This document shows, piece after piece, positions 28,280 to 39,273 of a stretch of DNA of 64,000 nucleotides (positions are counted from its first letter, which is position 1; each line of letters begins with the position of its first letter). This stretch comes from Alphaproteobacteria bacterium. Lineage in GTDB: Bacteria > Pseudomonadota > Alphaproteobacteria > RF32 > CAG-239. The position numbers were made by a program, and so were the translations under genes. The notes beneath the pieces are model-generated. The model was not told the DNA's origin. It did no database searches and was given only the letters and a program-made list of their open reading frames with translations. Location: positions 11,137 to 75,136 of the forward strand of contig CAAFZY010000021.1 of the NCBI GenBank assembly GCA_900767645.1. The letters are read 5' to 3'.

Positions 28280-29416
28280 CTATTTAAACAAGTCTTTAAT
28301 TTTGTTGAAAAAGCTCTTTATTTCCGGCTGGCAGTTATTATCTTCACTCAAGCTTCTGAACTCTTCCAACAGTTCTTTTTCACGCGCGGATAAGTTAGTC
28401 GGGGTCACCACATTCAAAATCACATACAAATCGCCGCGTTTGTCTTGATTCATGATGCTCATACCTTCGCCTTTAATGCGCAACTTATTGCCGGTTTGAG
28501 TTCCTGCCGGAATAGAGAGTTCAACCTTTTTGCCGTCAATGCCCGGAATTTCAATTTTGCCGCCCAATGCCGCGCATACCATGGCAACAGGTACCGCCGT
28601 GTATAAATCTTTGTTATCGCGCTCATAAAGCTTATGGTCTTTAACGGTTACATAAACATACAAATCGCCCTTTTCGCCGCCACGCTTTCCGGCTTCACCG
28701 GCGCCGTTAATACGCATACGCACATTATTTTCCATTCCGGCCGGAATTTTAACTTTGAGCGATTTTTCAACTCTGACGGCGCCTTTGCCACCGCAATCTT
28801 TACATTTATCTTTAATCACGCGTCCTTCGCCATGACATTCGGGGCAAACGGTTTCAAAAAATAAAAATCCGCCGCGGTTGCTTCTGACTTTGCCGCTGCC
28901 ATGACATGTTGGGCAGACAGGGGCTTCTTTACCGTCAGCCGTGCCATAACCGTTGCATTTTTCACATGGTTCCGAAGTTTTTATTTTAATTTCTTTTTCA
29001 ACGCCGGTAAAAGCTTCTTCAAGTGTAATTTCAAGATTATAAGTTAAATCGGCGCCGCGAACCGCACCATTGCCGCCGCGCGGTCTGCCTCCGCCCATAA
29101 AATCAGAAAATATATTTGAAAAAATATCGGATAAATCCTCGGCATTCATACCAAAGCCGGCGCCGAACGGATTACCGCCGCCCATTCCGCCCTGAAAAGC
29201 CTGCGCACCGTATCTGTCGTATGCAGCGCGTTTTTGATCATCTTTTAAAACTTCATATGCTTCATTAATTTCTTTGAACTTTTGTTCCGCCTCTTTATTA
29301 CCGGGGTTGCGGTCAGGGTGATATTTCATTGCCAGTTTTCTGAATGCGGCTTTAATTTCATCTCCGCTGGCGTCTTTACTGATTTCCAAAAGTTCGTAAT
29401 AATCTTTTTCCGTCAT
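28280..29416 (-). CDS. dnaJ: molecular chaperone DnaJ
   Basis: J-domain HPD motif (KYHPDRN), a G/F region and four CxxCxGxG zinc-finger repeats. Confidence 0.95.
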   Translation of the reverse strand: MTEKDYYELLEISKDASGDEIKAAFRKLAMKYHPDRNPGNKEAEQKFKEINEAYEVLKDDQKRAAYDRYGAQAFQGGMGGGNPFGAGFGMNAEDLSDIFSNIFSDFMGGGRPRGGNGAVRGADLTYNLEITLEEAFTGVEKEIKIKTSEPCEKCNGYGTADGKEAPVCPTCHGSGKVRSNRGGFLFFETVCPECHGEGRVIKDKCKDCGGKGAVRVEKSLKVKIPAGMENNVRMRINGAGEAGKRGGEKGDLYVYVTVKDHKLYERDNKDLYTAVPVAMVCAALGGKIEIPGIDGKKVELSIPAGTQTGNKLRIKGEGMSIMNQDKRGDLYVILNVVTPTNLSAREKELLEEFRSLSEDNNCQPEIKSFFNKIKDLFK

Positions 29417-29424
29417 TTTTCTCT

Positions 29425-30315
29425 CTATTTATTTCCTGTTAATTTCGGGCTTACCCACATATTGCCTTTTCGTAAAAATTCCGGCAGTTCCGGCAATGAA
29501 GAAGCGCCGGCCGCCTTGGCGTGCCCTCCTCCGCCGAATTGCGCCGCCACCTTTGAAACATCCACATTGTCTTTGGCGGTGTAAAATGATAAATTCCAGC
29601 AGTTTTTTTTGTTCATGAAAAAGTTTACCATCATATCGTAATCTTTAACATTATCAAGCGAATCGTAAAACTCGGAATATCCTTGCGGTATATTGGCGCA
29701 AATACACTTTAATCCCTGATATTCGCTTTCAAACGCTTCGGAGCGAACCAAACGGTAATTGCGATTGCGAATATAGAGTAAAATAGCCTTACCTTTTTCA
29801 ACCATTTCAGAAACATCAAGGGTGTCGTTAATCAATTCGCTCCAAATTTTATCGGTGGGACGATTAACGCCCAACGCCTGCATGGCATACTCAAACGGGC
29901 GCACTCGCTTGTCACGCAAATCAAATACATCGTTTAGACCCAACAATTTAATGCCGAGCGGCAGCGGACGATCGGGATAAAAATATTCCCATGTAAGCAT
30001 AAGTGCCGCCGTACCAACGCGGCGTATTCCTTTTATCGGTTTGCGGTTTCCTTCAGCCATGATTTTTTCATACTTGTCGATTACCGAAACATGGTGATCA
30101 ATCCACGTGAAGTCGCGGGTTTGACTCAACTGAAACATAAAATCAAGAGGAAGCGAAAAATCGCAAACAATTATTTTATCATGCTTATTTATTTCATCAT
30201 AGGGAATTTCCATGTCGTGGTTAAGTCCCATTAATTCGGTTTCAGGGTACACGCTTTTAACAATAGCGGCAGACCCTTTTCCGTCATGATCGGCAATATG
30301 GTATATACACAGCAT
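29425..30315 (-). CDS. DHH/DHHA1 family phosphoesterase (NrnA-like)
   Basis: Motifs HIADHDG, VCDFS, DHH (WIDHHVS) and the DHHA1 GGGGHAKAAG motif. Confidence 0.7.
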   Translation of the reverse strand: MLCIYHIADHDGKGSAAIVKSVYPETELMGLNHDMEIPYDEINKHDKIIVCDFSLPLDFMFQLSQTRDFTWIDHHVSVIDKYEKIMAEGNRKPIKGIRRVGTAALMLTWEYFYPDRPLPLGIKLLGLNDVFDLRDKRVRPFEYAMQALGVNRPTDKIWSELINDTLDVSEMVEKGKAILLYIRNRNYRLVRSEAFESEYQGLKCICANIPQGYSEFYDSLDNVKDYDMMVNFFMNKKNCWNLSFYTAKDNVDVSKVAAQFGGGGHAKAAGASSLPELPEFLRKGNMWVSPKLTGNK

Positions 30316-30332
30316 TACAACTTCCTTTCCTA

Positions 30333-31118
30333 TTAAAACTCAACAGTCATATTATCATAAGCAGGATAAACATTATCCGGCGTAAGTTTATTGACATTGT
30401 CATAATCACATTCAACCGCCATATGATTAATAATGGTTTTGCGCGGATTGATGATTTTAACATATTCAAGCATCTGTTCCAACCCCATGTGCGACCGTTG
30501 CGGTATTATGGTGGTTAAAGGCATAACTAAAACCTCAGGCTGTTTGGTAATCAGCTTTAATCCCGATTCCGAAATTTTTTTACAGTCGGCGATATATACC
30601 AACTTACCGTCATCAATAATATAACCGGTGGAGTGAACCGGATGTCCTTCCAATGAAATCGGCACGATTTTAACATCATTGATGTAAAATTCTTTGCCCT
30701 CTTCAATGATATGAATATCTAAACTCGGAAAAAATATCGGATTGTTCATATGCGCTTTATCGGCCACCAAATATGGAAACCGGTGATAAATGGCATCTGA
30801 TGTTTGCTGATTGGCATAAACATCAAGCGGGCGCAATAGAATACGATTCAAGTCGCGCAAATCGTCAATACCATGCAAATGATCGGCATGCCCGTGCGTA
30901 TACAGCACCGCGTCTAAAAAACGAATATTGTTATTTAACAACTGGATACGGATGTCAGGCGATGTATCAATTAAAATTTTTGTAGAACGAATTTCCAAAT
31001 ACACGCCGGTGCGACTACGACAATTTTTCGGATTATTCGGGTCGCAATCACCCCATCCGTTAGCAATTGCCGGAACTCCGGGGGCGGCGCCGCTGCCCAT
31101 TATTATAAGTTTGCTCAT
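30333..31118 (-). CDS. MBL-fold metallo-hydrolase
   Basis: The HxHxDH motif appears as YTHGHADHLHG. Confidence 0.75.
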   Translation of the reverse strand: MSKLIIMGSGAAPGVPAIANGWGDCDPNNPKNCRSRTGVYLEIRSTKILIDTSPDIRIQLLNNNIRFLDAVLYTHGHADHLHGIDDLRDLNRILLRPLDVYANQQTSDAIYHRFPYLVADKAHMNNPIFFPSLDIHIIEEGKEFYINDVKIVPISLEGHPVHSTGYIIDDGKLVYIADCKKISESGLKLITKQPEVLVMPLTTIIPQRSHMGLEQMLEYVKIINPRKTIINHMAVECDYDNVNKLTPDNVYPAYDNMTVEF

Positions 31119-31159
31119 CTGCTTTATCTTTCTTTATTTTTTTTGTTTTTACAGTATTT

Positions 31160-31939
31160 TTAAACTCTTTGTGCTTTTGCAAATAACTTAAAAAAGTTGT
31201 TAGTAGTTATAGCCGATATCTTATTTAAATCAAGACCTTTTATTTTAGCCAAACATTCTGCCGTATGCACTATAAACGAAGGTTCGTTGACTTTACCGCG
31301 TAACGGAACCGGTGCCAAATACGGGCTGTCGGTTTCAAGCAATAATTTTTCTTCCGGCACTTTGGCAAACGATGCTCGCAGCTCTTCCGAGCTTTTGAAG
31401 GTAATAATCCCCGATGCCGAAACATAAAAGCCTATATCAAGCAATGCCGAAGCCAATTTCCAAGCGGAAGAATAGCAGTGCAAAACGCCGGTAAAAGGCT
31501 TTTGTTTATAGGCGGATGTTAAAATTTCCGCAGTGTCGTCTTCTGCCTCGCGACTGTGAATAATTATCGGCAATCCGCTTTGTTGCGCGGCGGTTATCAT
31601 TTTTTTAAGCACCTTAATTTGCACATCTTTAGGACTGAAATCATAAAAATAATCAAGACCGCACTCGCCGATTGCCACTACTTGCGGCAATAAAGTGTTT
31701 TTCAAAACATCTTCAGCGGTTATATTTTCATAATCAGTCGCATCATGCGGGTGCACTCCGGTTACGGTTGAAACTTCCGGATATCTTTTGCTGATTTCCA
31801 GCTGTAACGGAAGTTCATCAAATTTACCGCCGGCATTTAACATATATTCGATACCGGCTGCTCGAGCGCGTTGCATAACCGCATCTAAACCAACATATAT
31901 TTCATCGGAGCCCAAATGGCAATGGCTATCAACTAACAT
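31160..31939 (-). CDS. TatD family hydrolase
   Basis: N-terminal DSHCHL, GECGLDY and ETDSPYL motifs. Confidence 0.85.
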   Translation of the reverse strand: MLVDSHCHLGSDEIYVGLDAVMQRARAAGIEYMLNAGGKFDELPLQLEISKRYPEVSTVTGVHPHDATDYENITAEDVLKNTLLPQVVAIGECGLDYFYDFSPKDVQIKVLKKMITAAQQSGLPIIIHSREAEDDTAEILTSAYKQKPFTGVLHCYSSAWKLASALLDIGFYVSASGIITFKSSEELRASFAKVPEEKLLLETDSPYLAPVPLRGKVNEPSFIVHTAECLAKIKGLDLNKISAITTNNFFKLFAKAQRV

Positions 31940-32983
31940 TTACATTGCTCCGCAAATGGTGGTTATAATATTGTACATAACCTGTTTTTTATCCATATTA
32001 AGCGATGCAACCTCGTTGACCATGGCTGTAATTTTATTCCATGCGTTGCTAAGCTCCTCAACCTTTTCGCCGCCTTTCATATTTTCGGCAACAAAGTGTT
32101 TAATCAGCTCGACAGCCAAGTTCCATGCATCTTCATCACGCGCCGCATCATCACAAAATTGCAATGCGTCCGTTAAATTATACTGTTCGCGAGCATAGAA
32201 TAAGCTTTCAAGCAACTTGTATTTGTTCAGCCCGCCGTATTCGGAATAACGCAAGGCATTACCTATACTTCCGGAGCTGATTTCAGCAAGTCCTTTAACT
32301 TCCGCTTCAGTTAATGCGGGATTATAGCGGCGCAACAATGAAGCAACTTCATCTTGGGTTAAAGGCTGTAAATTTATTTTAGCGCAACGCGAACGAATGG
32401 TTGGCAACAGGCGATTGGGGTTATGGCTGATTAAAAGCAACATGCTTTTAGCCGGCGGTTCTTCCAAAATTTTAAGTATGGCATTGGCGCTGGCAATATT
32501 CATATCGTCAACGCTGTCTACAATCACAATACGCCAACTGCCGTCGAATGATTTTTTGCCTAAAAATTCATTGATTGTTCTGATTTCATCAACTTTAATT
32601 ACTGCCGATTTTTTTAAGCTTTGAACTTCATCATCGCTTAAAGCTTCGCCATCTTTAATTGCTTTGATAATTTTTTTCTTATCGTTTTCAATAAAATCGC
32701 GTTCAATAATTTTTAAATTAGGATGCGACCGATTGGCAACCAACCTAAAGGCAGTATTACTCTCAGGAAGTTCTAATGTGGCGTAAGCATCTTTATTCGC
32801 CTCATCCGCCGCAAGTAAAAAACGAGCCATGCGATAAGCCAAAGTTGCTTTACCGATACCTTCCGGTCCGGTTATCATCAACGAATTATGCAGAGTTCCG
32901 GCTTTCCAAGCCCTTAAAAACAGTTCTTCGGCTTCATGATGCCCGCATAAATACGGATTGGTATACGGTTCGATTTTTTCCAT
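31940..32983 (-). CDS. holB: DNA polymerase III subunit delta'
   Basis: AAA+ like P-loop GPEGIGKATLA and a conserved position next to tmk. Confidence 0.8.
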   Translation of the reverse strand: MEKIEPYTNPYLCGHHEAEELFLRAWKAGTLHNSLMITGPEGIGKATLAYRMARFLLAADEANKDAYATLELPESNTAFRLVANRSHPNLKIIERDFIENDKKKIIKAIKDGEALSDDEVQSLKKSAVIKVDEIRTINEFLGKKSFDGSWRIVIVDSVDDMNIASANAILKILEEPPAKSMLLLISHNPNRLLPTIRSRCAKINLQPLTQDEVASLLRRYNPALTEAEVKGLAEISSGSIGNALRYSEYGGLNKYKLLESLFYAREQYNLTDALQFCDDAARDEDAWNLAVELIKHFVAENMKGGEKVEELSNAWNKITAMVNEVASLNMDKKQVMYNIITTICGAM

Positions 32984-32992
32984 GACAATCCT

Positions 32993-33646
32993 TTATAAAT
33001 TAAACTTTGCCTCAATTACGGCAACAATGTCATCATGCAATTTTGCAACGGTTTTGTCGGCATTTAACACTACGCATCTTTCCGCCTCGTTTTCGGCTAT
33101 TTCCAAATAACCGCGGCGCAATTTTTTATGCCATTGAAGCGCTTTATTTTCAAAGCGAATTTCTTTGGTTGCCATGCCTTCGGCTTTTTTGAACGAACGC
33201 GCCAGACCTATTTCAGGATTAATATCCAAGATAATAGTCAAATCAGGCTTAAAATTACCGGCAACAAACTTATACAGGGCATTGATATCCTCGCGCGACA
33301 AACGCTTATCATAAGCATAATATTGATAAGCCATTGTAGAATCGGCAAAACGGTCGCTTAAAACCCATTCGCCTTTTTCAAGCGCCGGCCATACTTTTTG
33401 CGTCAGGTGTATGCGCCGGTCGGCAAAAAACAACAGAGCCTCGCTAACAGCGTCTATTTTATCAGAATCGCCTTCGGTTAAAATATGGCGCAACTGTTTG
33501 CCGATTTCCGTTCCTCCGGGTTCTTTGGTCAGAATCGTTTTTTTGCCTTTTTGTTCAAGATAATCTGCCAGTAGTTTGATTTGAGTCGATTTTCCGGTTC
33601 CCTCACCGCCTTCGAAAGTAATAAATTTACCGGCTGAGATGTTCAT
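32993..33646 (-). CDS. tmk: dTMP kinase
   Basis: FITFEGGEGTGKSTQ P-loop and the DRF motif. Confidence 0.9.
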   Translation of the reverse strand: MNISAGKFITFEGGEGTGKSTQIKLLADYLEQKGKKTILTKEPGGTEIGKQLRHILTEGDSDKIDAVSEALLFFADRRIHLTQKVWPALEKGEWVLSDRFADSTMAYQYYAYDKRLSREDINALYKFVAGNFKPDLTIILDINPEIGLARSFKKAEGMATKEIRFENKALQWHKKLRRGYLEIAENEAERCVVLNADKTVAKLHDDIVAVIEAKFNL

Positions 33647-34788
33647 TATTTATCTCCTAACACCAAATACTTTAAGTTTGCCCAAAAGCGTCCCATTACT
33701 CCGAGTTCGGCAACATTATCGGTTGCCACCAAATCAATTTTTTTGATTTCACCTTCCGGATCGGTTATTTCGGCATGACCGATAAGCTCGCCTTTTTTAA
33801 TCGGCGCTTTAACCGGCTCATCATAAACAACTTTCATTTTATACTGTGAACGGGCACTGCGGCGGATAGTTTCGCTAACATCTTCCGGCACGGCGATATT
33901 TACGCTTTTAACCGTACCGTACCAAACCGGAACTTCGGCCATAACTTGTCCGGCAGATAAAATTTTGTAGTTATCAAACTCACGGAAGCCATAATTCATA
34001 AGACGCTCAGCCTCTTCCGAACGCTCTTTGTTGCTGTTCATGCCCGACATAACCTCAATTAAGCGGCGGCCGCCTTTGGCAACCGACGCGGTAAGGCAAA
34101 ATCCGGCCTCATCGGTATGTCCGGTTTTCAAACCGTCAGCGCCCGACATAGTATAGAGCAACGGATTGCGGTTGCCTTGCTTAATGTTGTTATGCTTAAA
34201 TTCTTTTTCGGAAAAGATATGGTAAAATTGCGGAAATTCTTTAATGATTTTACGCGCAAGCAAAGCCAAATCTTCAACCGACATTTTTTGATCAGGATGC
34301 GGCAATCCGGTTGAGTTGGCAAAAGTGCTGTTTTTCAGCCCGATTTTTTCAGCCGTTTCATTCATTAAAACCGCAAAATCTTCTTCCGTGCCGGCAATAT
34401 TTTCAGCTGCGGTAATGCAAGCATCGTTACCTGATTGTACGATAATTCCTTGTAACAAGTCTTCAATAGTAACATTTTCACCGATTTTTAAGAACATGGT
34501 GGAACCGCCGCTTGCCGCGCCGCCTTTGCGCCATGCGTTTTCACTGACGGTAAAAGTATCTTCCAATGAAAGAGAGCCGTTTCTTAACTTGTCAAAAATT
34601 ATGTATAAGGTCATGAGCTTACTCATGGAAGCCGGCGCCACTTTAACATCATGATTTTTTGTGTAAATATATGCTCCGGTATCATAATCAATTAAAATTG
34701 CATTGCGCGCGGCGGTTTCAAAGGCAAAAGCCTGTCCTGAAATACTGCTTAACAGTAACGCCGTAAATAACATTTTTTTACCATTCAT
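33646..34788 (-). CDS. D-alanyl-D-alanine carboxypeptidase (PBP5/6 class)
   Basis: Signal peptide, SxxK (ASMSKLMT), SGN and KTG motifs. Confidence 0.85.
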   Translation of the reverse strand: MNGKKMLFTALLLSSISGQAFAFETAARNAILIDYDTGAYIYTKNHDVKVAPASMSKLMTLYIIFDKLRNGSLSLEDTFTVSENAWRKGGAASGGSTMFLKIGENVTIEDLLQGIIVQSGNDACITAAENIAGTEEDFAVLMNETAEKIGLKNSTFANSTGLPHPDQKMSVEDLALLARKIIKEFPQFYHIFSEKEFKHNNIKQGNRNPLLYTMSGADGLKTGHTDEAGFCLTASVAKGGRRLIEVMSGMNSNKERSEEAERLMNYGFREFDNYKILSAGQVMAEVPVWYGTVKSVNIAVPEDVSETIRRSARSQYKMKVVYDEPVKAPIKKGELIGHAEITDPEGEIKKIDLVATDNVAELGVMGRFWANLKYLVLGDK

Positions 34789-34800
34789 CTTAATTTCTCC

Positions 34801-35619
34801 TTATTCTTTTATGATTTTGGCATCATAAACGCCATAATTTCTGATTTTGTTAAGCGTAACCACGGCTTCTTCTTCATGCGAAAAAGGCCCGATACGCACC
34901 CGATAAAACATTGTGTTGCCGACAAAAGCATTATTTACGCGGCTTTTGCCGAACTTTGAAAGCTTGGCAGACAGATTGTCGGCATATTCTTTTTGTGAAA
35001 ATGAACCGGCCTGAATATAATATGATGATGCCAAGCTTGCGGTTGCCGGTACTTTCATAACCGGAATTGTTACATTATCCGGAACATTTTGCCCCAGCAA
35101 CGCCGCTTTAAGCGCCTTACTTTCTTTAGCCATAACTTCAACTCTGACTTTTGTAATTCCTTTTGTCTGATAGCCCAACAGTTGCGCGCCGCGTTTGGAA
35201 ATATCAATAATGCGTTCTTTGGCATACGGACCGCGGTCATTAACGCGCAACACCAGCGAACGCCCGTTTTCCAAGTTGGTGACTTTAACAATTGACGGCA
35301 ACGGCAATGTACGATGGGCGGCAGTTAAAGTGTTCATATCATAGCGCTCGCCGTTGGCGGTTTTTTTGGCGTGAAAATCTTCGCCGTACCAACTGGCCAT
35401 ACCGACTTCGGAATAATTATAATCTTCAGCCGGATAATACCATTTGCCCATAATTTTATACGGATTGCCGACCTTGTATACTCCGCCGTATTGTTTAATG
35501 GTAATTGCTTGCGCCTGCGGCGACAGGCCGCTTAATTCAGGCGTTCCGGTTGAAGAGCATGCCGCCAAAACGGTTATCAGCATTAAGCTTATGCAAATTT
35601 TTATTTTATCAAAGTTCAT
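34801..35619 (-). CDS. rlpA: septal ring lytic transglycosylase RlpA family lipoprotein with C-terminal SPOR domain
   Basis: Lipobox LAAC, a DPBB motif (ASWYGEDFHAKKTANGERYDM) and a SPOR-like C-terminus. Confidence 0.85.
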   Translation of the reverse strand: MNFDKIKICISLMLITVLAACSSTGTPELSGLSPQAQAITIKQYGGVYKVGNPYKIMGKWYYPAEDYNYSEVGMASWYGEDFHAKKTANGERYDMNTLTAAHRTLPLPSIVKVTNLENGRSLVLRVNDRGPYAKERIIDISKRGAQLLGYQTKGITKVRVEVMAKESKALKAALLGQNVPDNVTIPVMKVPATASLASSYYIQAGSFSQKEYADNLSAKLSKFGKSRVNNAFVGNTMFYRVRIGPFSHEEEAVVTLNKIRNYGVYDAKIIKE

Positions 35620-35655
35620 TTTATTGTTTATTCTCGCTTTTAATAATCTTTCGGC

Positions 35656-36987
35656 TTAATTTAGCTTGCTTTTTGTTTTACGTCCAGCATCATTTTCAGC
35701 CTGTGAATTTTTTGCTTTTGAATTTTTAGGCGGTTGCACCGGAACAATAAATCCGGTTTTTGAATTGTAATGACGTATTTTATTCAAAAGTTGCCAATCA
35801 GGATATCCGTCTTGATGCATACCGGCTTTTGCCTGCAATCTTTTCACTGCTTTTTTGGTTTTCGGGCCTAAAATGCCGTCTTCTTTCAATTTGGTGCGCA
35901 AAAGCTTGTTGGCAAACGCCTGCACTTCTTTTACTTCCATATCTGTGAGCTTATATTGCTGATTGTTGTTGATGGCATTGTGCGGCAGTTCATTATTAAC
36001 GTAATCGGCCAATATACCGATGGTTAAAGCATAATTTTCGGAACGATTCCAAATCATAATCCGCTTAAAGTTACCAAACACCAAATAGGCCGTTCCTTTG
36101 CGGCCGTCCGGAATGATTAGCCAACCTTTTAATTCGCTACTCCATGCAAGTTTTTTATTGTCCATGGTTCTAATGCCTAAATCAGACCATTGCTTAACTG
36201 TTTTCGGGGTTTTATATCCGCTTTCAAGATAGTTGAAATTCCATGGCAGACGAACCATTCCGCCCCACGGCTCATCGGGTTTCCAGCCCAATTGGCTTAA
36301 ATAATTGGCGGCTGAGCCGACGGCATCATCAAACGAATCCCAAATATCGACCACTCCGTCGCCGTCATAATCAATTGCGTAAGCATTATAAGTTGAAGGC
36401 ATAAACTGAAAATGCCCCATTGCTCCCGCCCATGAACCAAGCATTTTATTATTTTGCAGGTTATATTTTTCCATGATTTTCAAAACATTATACAGTTCGT
36501 TTTTGAAAAAAGCCGAACGGCGGTTTTTGTAACTCAAATTAGTCAAACCGTCAATTAAATGATATTTGCCCTTGTTTTCGCCGAAATTGGTTTCAACCGC
36601 CCAAAAAGCAGTTAAATAATTAAGCGGAACCCCGTATTCGCGTTCAAGATTAGGATAATCTTTTTGTAATTTGCGATAATAACTGCGAGCTTTTTCAACA
36701 CGGTGCGGATTTACCAAACGGTTTATATAATCTTTGGAAGTTAAAATAAATTCAGCTTGTTTTTTGTCTTTACAAACAACTTCAGGCGCTTGGTGATAAT
36801 AGGTGTTATCACCATAGGCCTTTTCTATGGTTTTAGGACTGATACCGCGTTTTATCATATCGGCTTTCAGCTCGCTTAAAAAAGCAAGCCATTCTTTCGT
36901 GGGCTCTGTTTCGACAGATTTAGCCTGCACCGTAAAGACCATTGCCGAAAACATTATTATCAAACATATTTTTTTCAGAACAAACAT
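35656..36987 (-). CDS. lytic murein transglycosylase (MltB-like) with C-terminal peptidoglycan-binding domain
   Basis: Signal peptide, an SLT_2-like core (WAVETNFG, GAMGHFQFMPST) and a PG_binding_1-like C-terminus. Confidence 0.8.
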   Translation of the reverse strand: MFVLKKICLIIMFSAMVFTVQAKSVETEPTKEWLAFLSELKADMIKRGISPKTIEKAYGDNTYYHQAPEVVCKDKKQAEFILTSKDYINRLVNPHRVEKARSYYRKLQKDYPNLEREYGVPLNYLTAFWAVETNFGENKGKYHLIDGLTNLSYKNRRSAFFKNELYNVLKIMEKYNLQNNKMLGSWAGAMGHFQFMPSTYNAYAIDYDGDGVVDIWDSFDDAVGSAANYLSQLGWKPDEPWGGMVRLPWNFNYLESGYKTPKTVKQWSDLGIRTMDNKKLAWSSELKGWLIIPDGRKGTAYLVFGNFKRIMIWNRSENYALTIGILADYVNNELPHNAINNNQQYKLTDMEVKEVQAFANKLLRTKLKEDGILGPKTKKAVKRLQAKAGMHQDGYPDWQLLNKIRHYNSKTGFIVPVQPPKNSKAKNSQAENDAGRKTKSKLN

Positions 36988-37084
36988 TGCGCACCCTATT
37001 TACAAATATGTGCCAAGTGTAAAGCATTTAAAACAAACTTGCAACCCGCTCTTGAATTTATAAGATGATTTTTGCACAAGATGA

Positions 37085-38392
37085 TTACGCCAAAAGCTTA
37101 ATTCCGAAAATTTTATATAATTTCGCAGCCTCGGTCGCGCCGATTTTTACTGAAAAGACAAGTTTTTCATCAGTTTGCATTTTGTTGATAACTTCGGCGT
37201 TGGTATAGAGCCATGACTGTAATTTGCCGTTTCCGACATCTGCCTCAATCTGATAAATTTTGTTATGCGCCGTAAGTTTGGCATCAATCGTTTTAAGTAA
37301 AGTATCGCAGCCCTGCCCCGTTGTTGCCGAAACCGCCAAAAGAGTTTTGGACTGATTGCTTAATTTATGAGTCAAAACCGCTTTTTCATCAGTTGTCAGC
37401 AAATCGATTTTATTTAACACTTCAATATAATTATCGGCGTTTTCTATTTGTTTTAAGCCCAAATTGTGCAAAACTTCAAGCACGTCGGCGCGTTGCAAAT
37501 CAGTGTCGGCATTGGATATATCGCGCACATGCACCACTATATCGGCTTCCAATACTTCTTCCAACGTGGAGCGAAACGCCATCACCAACTCATGCGGCAA
37601 ATCAGAAATAAAACCTACCGTATCGGAAAAAATAACTTCTCGGCCCGACGGCAAAGTCACTTTACGCAAAGTGGGGTCAAGCGTGGCAAAAAGCATATTT
37701 TCAGAGAGCACATTGCTTCCTGAAAGCCGATTGAACAGCGATGATTTGCCGGCATTGGTATAACCGACCAGCGCCACAATCGGATACGGAACTTTGCGAC
37801 GATTGCCGCGTTGCAATTCACGCGTATTTTTAACTTTTTCAAGCTCTTTTTTAATTTTGATGATTTTTTCATCAATAATACGCCTGTCAAGCTCAATTTG
37901 CTTTTCACCGGGACCACCTAAAAAACCCGCGCCGCCGCGTTGGCGCTCAAGGTGCGTCCAGCTTCTGACCAAGCGCGAGCGCTGATAAGTTAAATGAGCA
38001 AGCGCAACCTGCAACTTACCTTCATTGGTCTGCGCGCGTTCGCCGAAAATTTCAAGTATTAATGCCGTACGGTCAATAACCTTCAGGTTAAGAGCTTTTT
38101 CCAAATTACGCTGCTGAATCGGGGTGAGCGCTGCGTCAACAATCATCAATCTGATATCATTAATCTCGGCTTTTTGCTTAATATTTTCAATAAAAGTGCC
38201 GCTGAAAAAAGTTGCGGGTTTTATTTCGCGGATTTTGGGCGATTCGGTAAATACAACGTTTAAATTAATAGCCAGAGAAAGCCCGATTGCTTCAGCCAAA
38301 CGGCTTTCGGCAGACATGAGCTTTTTCCGGCTTAAAACAAACGGACAAACCACACATACGTTGGTTTTAACGTTTTGATTAAATTCAGGCAA
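37085..38392 (-). CDS. hflX: GTPase HflX
   Basis: G1 GYTNAGKSSL, G3 DTVGF and G4 NKID. It is adjacent to hfq. Confidence 0.9.
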   Translation of the reverse strand: MPEFNQNVKTNVCVVCPFVLSRKKLMSAESRLAEAIGLSLAINLNVVFTESPKIREIKPATFFSGTFIENIKQKAEINDIRLMIVDAALTPIQQRNLEKALNLKVIDRTALILEIFGERAQTNEGKLQVALAHLTYQRSRLVRSWTHLERQRGGAGFLGGPGEKQIELDRRIIDEKIIKIKKELEKVKNTRELQRGNRRKVPYPIVALVGYTNAGKSSLFNRLSGSNVLSENMLFATLDPTLRKVTLPSGREVIFSDTVGFISDLPHELVMAFRSTLEEVLEADIVVHVRDISNADTDLQRADVLEVLHNLGLKQIENADNYIEVLNKIDLLTTDEKAVLTHKLSNQSKTLLAVSATTGQGCDTLLKTIDAKLTAHNKIYQIEADVGNGKLQSWLYTNAEVINKMQTDEKLVFSVKIGATEAAKLYKIFGIKLLA

Positions 38393-38395
38393 GTT

Positions 38396-38614
38396 TTATT
38401 CTTCTACAACATCAACGGCTTGCACCGGCATAATGGTGGAAACGGCGTGTTTATAAACAAGCTGAGTGTGTCCGTCGCGCCGTAACAGCAAAGAGCTGTC
38501 GTCAAACCATGTAATCACGCCCTGCAACTTTACGCCGTTAATTAAAAACACGGTAACCGCAATTTTGTTTTCTTTTATATCATTTAAAAAATCATTCTGA
38601 GCATTTTTAGTCAT
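38396..38614 (-). CDS. hfq: RNA chaperone Hfq
   Basis: 72 aa with Sm1/Sm2 motifs ([13 protein letters not shown] ... YKHAVSTI). Confidence 0.9.
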   Translation of the reverse strand: MTKNAQNDFLNDIKENKIAVTVFLINGVKLQGVITWFDDSSLLLRRDGHTQLVYKHAVSTIMPVQAVDVVEE

Positions 38615-38726
38615 TTAATAATATCCTTATCAGGTTATTTATTCTTTGTCAGTTATTTAAGATAAGCGCATACTCATAAATAGTAAAGAGTTGATTTTTA
38701 AAAAGGGGATAACTTTATATTTTAAA

Positions 38727-39260
38727 TTATTCCTCATCTTTTGACGCACGGTATTTTTCAAGTTTTTTCAAAAGCATATTACGCTTTAAGCGGCTTAGGC
38801 GGTCAATATATAAAATTCCGTCCAGATGGTCGATTTCATGCTGGAGAACAACCGCCTCATAATCAACGGCCTCAATTTCAGATTCTTTTCCGTTATAATC
38901 GGTGTAACGAACTTTGATTCGTTCATGGCGTTCAACATCGGCGCTTTGCCCCGGAACCGAAAGACAACCTTCACAAAAAATTATTTTTTCTTCTGATTTA
39001 TAAACAATTTCAGGGTTAATCAAATACATCGGTTTGCCGGCTTTCCAGTTATCGTCTTCACCGTGTTGCTTGGTGTCAATTACAATAACACGCTTGGAAA
39101 CTCCAACCTGTGGAGCTGCCAAGCCGACGCCTTTATCCGCGTACATGGTTTCAAGCATATCATCTAAAAGCCGGCGCAACTCGTCGTCAACTTTCAAAAC
39201 CCGTTCGCATTTTTGGTGCAATATCGGGTGCGGATATTCATAAAGCTGCAAAACCGCCAT
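38727..39260 (-). CDS. def: peptide deformylase
   Basis: GVGLAAPQ, EGCLS and HEIDH motifs. Confidence 0.95.
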   Translation of the reverse strand: MAVLQLYEYPHPILHQKCERVLKVDDELRRLLDDMLETMYADKGVGLAAPQVGVSKRVIVIDTKQHGEDDNWKAGKPMYLINPEIVYKSEEKIIFCEGCLSVPGQSADVERHERIKVRYTDYNGKESEIEAVDYEAVVLQHEIDHLDGILYIDRLSRLKRNMLLKKLEKYRASKDEE

Positions 39261-39273
39261 TTTTTCCTCCGTG